64,000 nucleotides of DNA, taken from the NCBI RefSeq assembly GCF_002113885.1, contig NW_018408727.1:276334-340333 (forward strand), read 5' to 3'. The notes below the pieces were generated by a model, which was given only the letters and a program-made list of their open reading frames with translations, was not told the DNA's origin and did no database searches. Position 1 is the first letter of the stretch. Every line of letters starts with the position of its first letter. A program made the position numbers and the translations under genes. Below, piece after piece: positions 40,001 through 52,000 of this stretch. This stretch comes from Mizuhopecten yessoensis. Taxonomy: Eukaryota.

Positions 40001-41362
40001 CAATATTCATCAGTTTAAGATTAAACATTAGAATATGCGGACATTGTGATACTGTCTCGATCCTACATTGGATTTTCAACTAGGGATGTACTTCCTATTT
40101 CCGTTTATCGATACATGTAAAAGTTGCTCACATTTTATAGAAGTAACATGTACAAACATGCACATTAAAGGTACCAAACTTATAATTATAACCAATTACA
40201 ACGAGGACCTTCTTTTCAGTAAATACCCATCATAACTACCCATCTATAAGGATGTATTCCTCTGTGAATATGAAAGCCCTGGTACCAACTCAACCCCTAT
40301 AGTAAATAACCACTTGTCATGTTGTGGCCTTAGTAAATGTTAACACCCTGGTACTAATCCTTCCCTTCTAGTAAATAACCTAGTGTACATGTTGAGGCCC
40401 CTCCCACGTCTTGCAATGTACCTACCTGTCATCGAGGCGATCTGTCCCAGCTGTATGTTGTACTGACTCACAAACCAGCGAACCTCATCCCCAGCTTTCT
40501 GGACACCTTGCCTGTGAAAGTCAGAAACATATGGGATGTTGATAGAAAAAATGCATACATTTTATTTTGTGGTTGTCTATTATGTATTGAAAGTATTTTC
40601 AGAACAATTTATCTATATATATACATGCATCAATACCATTGTTTTCTGCTTCTTCTATTGGTTGCATAGGATAAATGATCTATTTGATTAAATAAAAATA
40701 AAATTTGGTTTAAAAGAGTTACATCATTGTTGATATTGAGGAGTGAACAGAAAAAATACCTACTTTAAAAATTCTCGTAGCTCGGTGGCAATTTCTTCAG
40801 AGATGTTTGATGCAGATGCTGAGCTGGTGTTGCTATTTTCCTCATCAATAACACAAGTAACGGTGTTGTCTATGTCGTCAACAAGGTCTATTGTTTCAGT
40901 GCGTGGTCGCTTAGGGGCCTGACGTTCAGGGAATGCTGGTTGAGAGTGTATACGGGTATTTGCTGTCATCGACACTGGGTACACTGGATTAGGGACTGGA
41001 TGAGATCGGAAGTTGGGGACGTTGTGTTGATGGGAGGCAGGGACATTATTTGCCTGTGTGGATGACAGTGAGGAATGATCACCTTGGCCTATTATCGAAC
41101 CAGGGTGACTTGTCCTGGCGATTGTGGACACTGGTGTACGAGGATGGGAGGGTTCATGGGTGTGGTTACGGACCGGCACAGCTGGCTGAGACAGGGACAC
41201 TGGCACGCTATACAGCAGTCCTAACTCATTGTCTAAACGGTCAAACGAATCAAACGCCTGAGCCACCTCCTCCTTGGTAATACCGCTGTTCCTCAGCCTC
41301 CGTATCAACTCAATCTGCTCTATGGAGAACATTTGTCGGCCACCCCCAACACGCCCTGACAT
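37048..41362 (-). CDS. HMBOX1: HNF-class homeobox protein, HMBOX1-like (6 coding exons, 442 aa)
   Basis: Exons (minus strand): 41362-40764, 40511-40426, 39356-39195, 38751-38551, 38120-38022, 37229-37048 (1329 nt, phase-consistent). N-terminal FSIEQIELIRRLRNSGITKEEV matches the HMBOX1/HNF1 N-domain. POU-like region EVRWFVSQYNIQLGQIASMTG...FAWYLTYK. Extended homeodomain RRERFTF...NENAYP...REKVTPHMVLNWFANRRKE. The symbol is family-level; orthology is unproven. Confidence 0.85.
37771..37928. mobile_element. Small foldback MITE
   Basis: aaatcat...gtgtaatggagaaatctctaaccc pairs with gggttggagattttctccatcacac...atgatttt. Confidence 0.6.
38292..38466. mobile_element. 175-bp hAT-like MITE
   Basis: TIRs cagggttgcca / tggcaacccta. 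No clear TSD. Confidence 0.6.
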
Positions 41363-41421
41363 TGTCCCTACAGCTCACTGGCTGTATAGCTGCCGCACAG
41401 CCCTAGGGCTCTCTGTGTTAA

Positions 41422-43076
41422 CTGAAATCAGTATTTTAATGAGACACATATCATGATATCTGAATTAAACACATACCGACATATTATTTCATTGGCTAAA
41501 TGTCATGTTGACATGGTATTCAAAATTTATTATGATAACAATACACATACATATACAAGTATGTGTGTGCAGGCACACACCAAATTACAATATGCATTTT
41601 AAATGGAAAATCTTCTATAATTTTCTAATGATTATTTATTGTACATAATTAATATAAAAATATATTAAGTTGAAAAAGTATTTCATTTCTCAAAGACGCA
41701 TGGCATACATTATAATAATGTCAATTTTTTCTTTTTCTAGATTGTATTTTTTTCCAAATATTCAGCATTCTTATATTTTTTCCAATGAACAAATTTTGGG
41801 GAAATTAAAAAATATAATTTAAACTAATTTTATTTTAACCGAGGACAGAACACGTATATTTATGTTCCATTTGGAAGAGCACTATGCTTATTATCATTAT
41901 CAGTACGGTTCAGGCTCTTTATTTTTCTAAAATTGCTCATTATTGCTGATACAAACATACAATAAAAAAATCCATTGTTTGGGTTAACGTTTAACGTTGT
42001 TCGCGGTCGGTGACACCTCGTCTGTGCACTCATCTCTTTGTTTGATATCTGTGGTAATAATTACCGGTTACTAACCTGCCGTGAAACACCTAGCTGCAAT
42101 ACTCCTCATTCCTCCTGCATACTTCTGATTCAGGTTAACTTTAATTACTGATCTATTAAAAGACAAAAAACGACTTAACCACGAAAACCTAGTTAGGCGT
42201 CTCCATCTTGAATCTCATTACCGAACACGTTGACATGCAAAACGAGGTTATCCACGCTTCGTTGATTTTCTAACACGTGGTTAGCTTTGTTGACATCGGG
42301 CTTACCAATGTTCGGTCACTCAGATTAACACAACGTATAAATTACTGGTGTATTATTTAGTACGCATTGTAACAACTCAGTAAATCTTCAGCCTGATGAT
42401 TGGCTAAGAATGACACGTCTCGTTGATCACGGTCATACAGCGGTTAGACATGATCGAGCAGCTTGTTTATTGCACTCCAAAACCATGTGATAACGAGGGA
42501 GGTACATGGAACAGCGTATACAATATATGTTTACAATTGAGATACGATTTTTGGGACAAAGTAACGAACGAAATGTATATTTCGAATAATATGATATAAA
42601 TTATTCATATTTGGAACTGTTAAGGTAACATAAACAGAACTAATGGTGTTAGAATTAATTTAAAAATAAATCGCTGGAGAATAACGGAATAGCCAAATTT
42701 CTTTAGCTTAAGCGACCTTATTGTTTGGTTTCTATGTGCTCGAAAAAAACGTGATCGGTGACGGAAATGTCTAATTGGAACTTCTCTTGAGTGTAATAAG
42801 TGCAGAAGACCAAATTGCAGCAACAAATCGAAGGAAATATCAATAATCTGACGCTACCAATGGTGTATTCAATGACAGCGTGCAGGTAATCCGATGTCAT
42901 GATGATCAGCGCGATTGCTTTCCGAGATGAACTGGGGAGTCGGTATGATTAAGCGACCATACCATGTCTCGGGACTCGTGCAGGCATGCTGGTAAAAGAT
43001 CCAGGTAGTTTTCTATAAAACAAAGGCAGACTTACAAACACACATAACAAGGTGATTGTTATCATAATACTTAATC
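41422..43076. promoter_or_regulatory. Divergent intergenic region between the HMBOX1-like and TIR-SAM genes, probably a bidirectional promoter
   Basis: The start codons are head-to-head and 1.7 kb apart. The region is relatively CpG-rich and free of obvious repeats around 42000-43000. Confidence 0.45.
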
Positions 43077-46000
43077 ATGAATACAGAACAGTTAGATGTG
43101 ATTGAAAATTCCGTGACTGTGGAAATCAAAGACAAGACAGAAGACATCAACCAGTTTGACTCTGTGTCGAATGTGCGTTCTCAACCGGATAGGTCTAGAG
43201 ACATGCTAGCAAAACAGGCTCTAAAGGATTCAACCAACACACAACACATGGACAGTAACAAGCGAGTCGAGGGAGGAGGCACCACATACAGCCAGGAAAT
43301 GGTACCACATATGGCTCCCCCTCAAAAAATGAAAAAAGTGAAGAGGGGTATATTTATTTCCTATTCCCCTGATGCTGGGTTTGTAGAGAGAAAGTTTGTG
43401 GTAGACACAGTGCGGCAGCTGAAGGAAAACAATCTTGCAGAGGATATTTGGTTTGATAAGGATGAAAAAAATACTGACAGCCCTGTGTGGTTCTCTCTCC
43501 GCATGGAGGCAGTGGAAAAATGTCGGGCTTCCATTCTCTTCTTCTCCCCAAGTTACTTTTCATGTCCTGTGTCGATGTACGAAAGTAAAACACTTCTACA
43601 AAGACGAAGACAAGATCCACACTCAGTAGCCATATTTCCAATCATCTTTTCACCTTTAGACAACACAGATATTCCTAAAGACTATTTCTTATTAATTAAA
43701 CATGCTGTAGATTTAAGTAAGGACCATTTCAAAAAGAGTCTAGCTGAGAAAACGTCAGTTGTGATAGGAGGCATTATGGAAGAACTAGAAAAATATGCCT
43801 CCATGAACATACCTCCCACACCTGTGACTCCCCCTGACACGGAATTCACAGAGGAGTACAAAAAGAAGAAGATTTGCCAATGGGGTGCTAGTGACCTACA
43901 GGAATGGCTCTTCAATTTGGGAATAAAGGAGTTTTATCGCCAGAGTTTGGCTGAAAATATGGTGGATGGATTTCTTCTAATGTCGCTGACGGACCACGAC
44001 ATGATACAACATCTAGGAATTGACAGTCGCGTTGTCCGCAAAAAAATCATGCAGCAGATTCTTATCACCCTGGACTCGGAACACAAACAAAAGGTCAACT
44101 GGCACCTACGAGCTCGCGCTTTACGAGCCAAACCTGATGTCATCTACCTGGTGTATGATCCGGCTGATGTCAGACTTGCACAAAATATCAAAGCTGACCT
44201 CAAAAAGAAAAATCTGCAGGTAAGGAATAAACCATACAAACAGATGATATACACATACATGGACTTGTTACTTCAGCGTGTGGTTCAATTTCACAGATCA
44301 TTATTTTCAAATTTAAAAATCTATGCCGTTACAACACATACATACAAGTATACGAAAGCTTGGCACACTGAGTGGAGCTGTCTGTTACCTGTGCATGTGT
44401 CTCTCACAGCAGGGACCATATTTCATTGATCTTTTAATAAATCATACACTGTTCTCTATCCTGTTATAGCAGTGCTGGTAAAAAACTTGTAGAAGAGGTT
44501 ATCTTAATTTAGTTTCTGTAAAATAAAGTTTACTGGAAACACAAGTCTGACATCTCAATCTTAACTTGAGAAAAACGGTCAAAAGACTGCGATAAAAGTC
44601 ACAATCTCTGACTAACTATAACAGTCAACAAACTGACAAATAATAACAGTCACAGTCTGACAAACTATAACAGTCACAAATTGATGAACTATAGCAGTCG
44701 ACAAACTGACTAACTTTAACAGTTATAGACTGACAAACTATAACAGTCACAGTCTGACAAACTATAACAGTCACAGACTGACAAATTATAACAGTCACAA
44801 ACTGATGAACTATAACAGTCGACAAACTGACCAATTATAACAGTCGAGAAACTGACAAATCATAACAGTCACAGATTGACAAATTAAAACACTCACAGTC
44901 TGACAAACTATAACAGTCACAAATTGATGAACTATAACAGTCATAAATTGATGAACTATAACAGTCGACAAACTGACAAATTATAACAGTCGACAAACTG
45001 ACAAATTATAACAGGCGACAAACTGGCAAATTATAACAGTCACAAACTGTTAAACTATATCAGTCACATATACTGACAAACTATAACAGTCCCACAGATT
45101 GACAAACTGTAACAGACACAGATTGACAAACTATAACAGTCACATACTGACAAACTATAACAGGCGACAAACTGGCAAATTATAACAGTCACAAACTGTT
45201 AAACTATATCAGTCACATATACTGACAAACTATAACAGTCCCACAGATTGACAAACTGTAACAGTCACATACTGACAAACTGTAACAGTCACATACTGAC
45301 AAACTGTAACAGTCCACAGATTGACAAACTATAACAGTCACATACTGACCAACTATAACAGTCACAGATTGACAAACTGTAACAGACACAGATTGACAAA
45401 CTATAACTGTCACATACTGACAAACTATAACAGACACAGATTGACAAACTGTAATAGTCACAGATTGACAAACTATAACAGTCACAGACTAACAAACTAT
45501 AACAGTCACAGATTGACAAACTATAACAGTCCAAAGATTGACAAACTATTGGTTGAAGGATTACTCAGTGTAGTTTGGATGCCTAAATCATATGGATTGA
45601 CCGAAACTGAAGACGCCATTGTTTTATTATGTATATCATTTTACGCTAGTCACTCCTCATATCACATTTGAATCAATATAAAACAACAGGTGGCTTAGCC
45701 TATCATAGTTTGTACCACCTACTTCTATTTGTACTGTGGATTTTACAGAGATTTACAGCCTTGTCTCGTGATATATCTCTTTGTTGTAAATTTGCAAAAG
45801 GCACAAAATAAAATGATTTAAAGTTTAAAAAAATATTTTTCAACATGAAAACATAATTAGTTTTGAGAAATATGTACCTTTTGAGTTTCACAATTTGTAA
45901 ATGGGTGCAAGTTAAAATCTCATATCCTGTCATAAACAAAGTTGGCATTCAAATCAGCAGTGAAGTTTTTTGCTCAGTTTTACTGCCGAATACAGGCTGT

Positions 46001-49000
46001 TTTCCCCTTGCTTAAAAGTGTCTTATTTTCCCAAAATGACCAAAAACTGATGAATATTTTCCCAATTTGAATAAAATTAATGCTTCATTTTCCCAATTCA
46101 TAAAGAAACTGGCTGTTGTAAAATTTTGGTAACAAAAACACTGATAAGATATAAATTGCTCTGTTGGGAACTCTCCTATATCAAGTTATTAGCTCACCAA
46201 GGTCACTTAGAGCAGTGATATTTGGCCAGGTAGCATGCTGAGATGAAAAGATATCATGTTCATTCAAATGAATGACCTTGACCAAGTATAGCTTCTAGGT
46301 CACATGGGTCAAATGAGTTAAAAACTTTAAACAACTTCCTCTGAATAGTAAAGAGGCTTAGGATGATGTTAATTGACCAGCAGCATGCTTAAATGAAGAG
46401 CAATCAAGTTTGTGTAAATTAATGACCTTGACCCATTTTCAAGGTCACATGCTTCTATTGTGAATGACTTCTTGAGAATAAAAAAGAACCCTACTAGGGT
46501 GATGATGTTTGGTCATTAGCATGCATGCAAAGATGAAGGGCTATCAAGTTTGTTCAAATAAATGACCTTGACCCCATTTCTAGGTCACAGGGGTCAAATT
46601 TGTTGTTGTCAAAATTGTAGAATCCTAGTGACCATGGGCAGTCTGGATTATAGAATTACAGATATCATAAAAAGTGATCAATAAAAATATTCAGTTGATT
46701 GTAACATCCAATCCAATTTCCTGACACACACAACAGTATTTAACGACAAATCTCAGACAATCTCCTGCTGTTTCAAGGTTATATACATTTGATGGTTTCC
46801 ACTTGGGTAATTCACATGTGTGTTAGATTTTTTTCTCATATTTTCGCTCTTGCTTCACATAAAAAAAACACAGGAGAAAAGGTATCAATAAATTACTTGT
46901 GTTACAAACATGATCTTCAATAGAAAACAATTAAACACTGTAGGATAAATACACTATATTATTATGAGTTGCAAAAATGTGTCTCAATGTATTTCATATA
47001 AAACTGCTGCACACTCGTAACTACATACCTAAGTTAATTTTTACCATTTCTTTAGTACATATTTGACTATGATACTGTTATAATTATTGTTTAGTGACTA
47101 AAAATTTATGCAAATATACCATATAACTGTTATACCCATATTTTGAACCCATTATTCATGTTTCATATTTTTCTACAAAATTTTAAAAAAAGTCTTCTTC
47201 TCCAGAACTATTAATAGGGTCTGATATTTTTTTTTTCCTTACCAAGATCCCTGTCCCAATGCATTATGGTTTTTCCCTTTAACTTCCGTTTGAATAAAAC
47301 TGTAGCACAACTGGGCCAGGACAGTTCCGTTGACAAGGTAGCTCAATCGGTTAGAGCGATAGTAGAACAATCTGAAGTCAGGAGTTTGAATCCCTGTCTA
47401 GCCCCGCTGATTTCACTCCAACACTATTGTTGATTATGTTTTGTTCATTTCATCTTTATTATTTCTCATAAAAGTCCTGCAGAAATGGTTTACCAAAGCT
47501 ATAGCAATGCCGTATAAAAGAGTTTCCAATACTTAGTTTCAGTTTTTGGCAGTGGTACGGGGATCCTTAAGTCATAGCTTACAAATTGTTCATTGTTTGA
47601 CATAGATTGAAAATTCCCTAAACACATATTCAGCAAAGAAAAGAAGATATTTAATTATCAGGGCCTGGATTATTAATTAACTCATTCACCCCTGAAATTT
47701 CATAATGAACTATTCCAACTTTTGAATTGGAGGAGTTCAAATGTGTCTACAAGGGTGGATGAGTTAGTTAATCAAGGATGTACTTAAGTTTTGATACAAG
47801 GGTGATACTTTGTATTTAATATAAAGGTGACAATAAACATTTGGGTCGGAGATGTGTATATCTAATCAGTAATAGGCCTAGGTGTAATAATACATTGAGA
47901 AAGGTTACATACAGAGAGACGATTTCTATTACCCTGTGTTGAGTATATATTTACACAGAAAATATCTGTCTTCAAACATAATACACCGCTATCTCAAACG
48001 AGAGTATATGTCAGATGTGACAAGTACATGAGAGATTTACTGGGAACGGTTTAAACTTTTAATATAAGGGTTCATATTTTCTAATTTCCACATGGAGGGG
48101 ATCAACTGTGGTCCTTACGTTAAAGAACTCTTGTGTGGCCCCAAGTTGATCACAGTCCGAGTTTAATTTACCATATGTTTGTCACGAATCAGTCGTAAGA
48201 TGTGCTGAAAACATGGAAAGGTACATGCTTTTATATGAGGCCGACAACAGTGTTATTTAGATGTAAAAGTGGTATCCGTCACTTGAGTCTATCAAGCTAA
48301 TCATACCCTATGTAGGACGTCATTGTGATTGCCCATTGATACCTAAAAGGAGTGCCGGACAAAGCAATACTTTTAAGAGACTTATTTTAAGGCCTCTTGG
48401 TGTATTAGCATTAAGACTACATATTTCTTGTATCCTCAGTTTTTGACAGTTTGGTGCGAGTGAAATCTAAAGGAAAATTAACTGTTTGCTAGTTTTGCCC
48501 TTTATTGATTTCAGGTTTTAGGTTTAAGTGGTACAGCTGAAAAGTTTTTTCGGCATGACTAAATTGGCTTTGATAAATCATTTATGAAAAGAAAACCAGA
48601 TGTTGCAGGACTTTTATGAAAAATGATTAAGATGAAATGAACAAAATATAATCAACAACAGTTTTCTTATTGTAAAAACAAATCCCCCAAAAAGGGGGCG
48701 GGGGGGGGGGGGCTTAAGATCTAGATTTGAACCCTGAACTTCACGCTGCTAAACTATCTCTCTAACCAGTGGCGTAGCAAATCATTTTTCCAAGTGTATC
48801 ATCCGTGGTGCGTAGCACCGGAGGAGGGGGAGGATATGGGAGGGGGAGAAAATAGAATTCTACTAGGCCCTAGAAGCAATCTCTCGTATATATTATGGGA
48901 AATACTTTTAGTCTGATTATTTATAAGTAAAGCCTGACTTTTTGTATGAATAATGTTGAATTTTGTAGTTTTTTATTTACATAATTACCTTTCGAGATTT

Positions 49001-52000
49001 TTCAATGTGTATAGACATATTAACACTATACTTTATCGGACTAAAATTTTCAAGAAGATTTTTTTTATTCTTTCCTTTTTTCTGATTATTAAGTCATAAA
49101 AAATAAATTATTGAAAAGATATGATACAGAAAAATCATTAAAATATTTGCTTGAGCATAAAGGCATACATGTAAGCTATGCCACTGCTAACCAATTGAGC
49201 TACCTAGCCGAAGGAAATGTTGTGGTCCCAATTGTTTTACAGGTATATATCCAATCAAAAGTTAAGGGGAGGTTACTGTAGATAGGGAAAAACACAGCGC
49301 AATGGGACACTGGGCTCCTGAAAGAATATTGGAAATAATTTGATGTCTTTATGAATATGGTATGCAGATATCAAATCCTATGTATACATGAACATGTGAT
49401 ATAGCATTGATGGCAAACAAATTTAAGAACATGAGTTTTAAATCCATGTTTTAAATTTTAAAACATTTTTAAAACCTTACAAAAATTTGATGGAGAATTA
49501 ATTGATTGCCAAATGAGTTGGAAGTACACACGATTTTTTTTTTTTATAAAATAAAAAAATTATGATAGTATACATTAAACATACTTGATGTAAACATGCA
49601 TTTTGTGACTTTTTGGTTTTATTTTGTGTCCTCTGACAGAGAAATTGCCCTGTGAACATCAAACTTGCTAACAAATAATTCTATTGATATAGCGAACTAA
49701 TTTCTGAGGCCCACTGGGACTTAGTTTTATTGTATAGAATCTATGTCAAAGGAAAAGTCATTTCATTGAAATGTTTCAACCTTATGTATACAGATCAGTG
49801 ATCATAGCATGTACGTGTTAGATACCTCGATCTGTGTTAAATGCACACAACAGCTAAAGATGGAATTGCTTTCAGTTGGCATTCATAGGAAACATTTGAA
49901 TGCTACCATGAATAATGTTATTGTCAACTGAAAGACGAAAGTACTTTAATATTTAGAATAACAATGAAAAGTATTATATTTTTTCATATTTAATACAAAT
50001 ATATGATTTAATGTATAAAAAGGTCTTTTCTGTAGGGAAATTGACTTATGGTTGGTTTGTTGACCAGTGCACTGCATATTTTTAGATCTTATGTTACTGG
50101 GCTTTGTCATTCATATTTCTATGATTGCCAACTAAAGGTAGCATTATACAATGGCAATGCCATGCAAATATTTAATAAAACGGTAAAGATTTGTACTATT
50201 GTCTTTAATTGAGGCATTGGCTTGGGAAATGAAAATTATATGACAACAAAACTAGACAGATTTCGGAAAAAAGTTCAATTTTCGTTGAAGAATATGATTT
50301 CTATTCTATTTTGAAATATGTTTGTTTTTTTGTCTAACAATATGATAATAATTGCTGAATGAATGGTTGTGGGAAGGTATGATCAGGTTAACAGTGGACC
50401 TGAAGGTCTGTTAGATGATTACACCTCCAAGTGTCAAATCCACGAACTAATCTACCTTAATGCAGGTGAAACATGTGTATAATCCCGTGTTGGTAAGTGT
50501 TCACATGATCCAATAACACGAACCACAGGTCAACTCGACAGAGATTGTAATGAGTTTATTTAACAAAGAATTGTTCACTTTCTACTGGTGTCAGGTCACA
50601 CTGTTGTTCTAGCTGTGTATGCCTGCCATTTCAAGCCTAATTTATCACTTCATGTATTACATGTACGAGTATATGTCACAGATGGATGTTGACAGTTCGG
50701 ATAAATTGTTCGTGGGACAACAGTTCATTCAGATTTTCAATGGGTTTCCGATTTCGTGGATCAACAATCGAAGCTCGCTATGGGGTTATGACATGGGCCT
50801 TTCAGTCGACAATTTTCTTTTCAATGTGCTCTATCAATTTTCTAAATGGTCCTTGATAAACGTTATTGGATATCAATTTCTCAGCCGCGTGTCTTACCTG
50901 TGTAGGCGCCACATGCAGATCAAAGCCAGCCCACAGCTATGGTAGCATAATGTACAAAGTTCAGCTATCAAGCTGTGTAAAATGTAATGTTTTGAATGAC
51001 AAGAATTTTTGAGTGAAGTCAAGGGTGAATTCAGCCACAATTTTTATACTGCAGACACAGAAATTATCTAGTAAAAAATACACCATTACCAATGTATAAA
51101 TATGATGACAAAATTTAAAAGAATCCAATTCAAAAATTCTGAAAACTTCATTAAAAAGATAGGAACGTTCTATGGATATGTATGCTACCTCTTCAATATG
51201 TATTCAGTATTAATTTTCTGGTTTATTGAAACGTGAAGCCATGCCATATGGTTATTGACTACCCACACAGACACGTAATCAAATAAAAAAAGCCAGTGAT
51301 CAAAAAGTTGTCACAAAAGGCTAATTTGATTTTAAAAGATATTACTTGTAAAATGATATTACCCGTAAATAAATTTTACCTGTAAATAGATTTTATCGTT
51401 AAGTGATCTTTACTGGACATTTTCAATGAATAGGTTTATGTGTTATTATCCTAGATAACAGTGATTGAATTTCATCAGTCTGTTATTGAGGATTAATGTA
51501 ATTAGTTTCAGAGATTACCTTTTTTTTTCTTTTTTTCTTTTCCAATTTGACTATTGAAAAATAATACAAAAAAGTAACCTTGTGTTTGTGTTGTAGTAAT
51601 GGGTTTGTATTCCCAATGTTATTGGCTTTAACCCATTCACCCCTTAATTAATATTTCAACTTTACTGACTGGACAAGTCTAGTTTAAACATTTGGGGGTG
51701 AATGAGTTAACAGACTAGTGTGCATAACTCAATCAATTTTTGATGATAAAAGTAACTTTTACTCAAGGTCAAGGTCATCAGAAGATTTCCGAATTATATG
51801 TTACCAGGTACTCACAGAAACTGAAAAATGTATTTAGTATACATGAATTTGATCAATTAAGGATCTCCATACTGCAAATCTTGCAGTGATTTTATTTACT
51901 GACTAATACCAGCTTGTATACTTATGTAGCAGAACTAGACTGGGGAGATCAAAAGGTCGGCGTTGACGACCAGTTAGCTAATTAGTTGAGTGTCCGTCTA

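Noticed and set aside
44220-44429. C-terminal 69 codons of the 450-aa ORF
   Set aside because: Read-through into the intron after a strong CAG|gtaagg donor. The TIR fold continues at 52868.
44625-45671. Repetitive Val/Cys-rich ORFs
   Set aside because: Translations of the 24-bp minisatellite inside an intron.
47332-47403. Possible tRNA gene
   Set aside because: The acceptor stem is mispaired, the anticodon loop is non-canonical and the sequence is embedded in a repeated element. Treated as tRNA-derived.
50619-50945. 108-aa ORF in the large intron of the TIR gene
   Set aside because: No recognisable domain, and it is not needed for frame continuity between exons 1 and 2.
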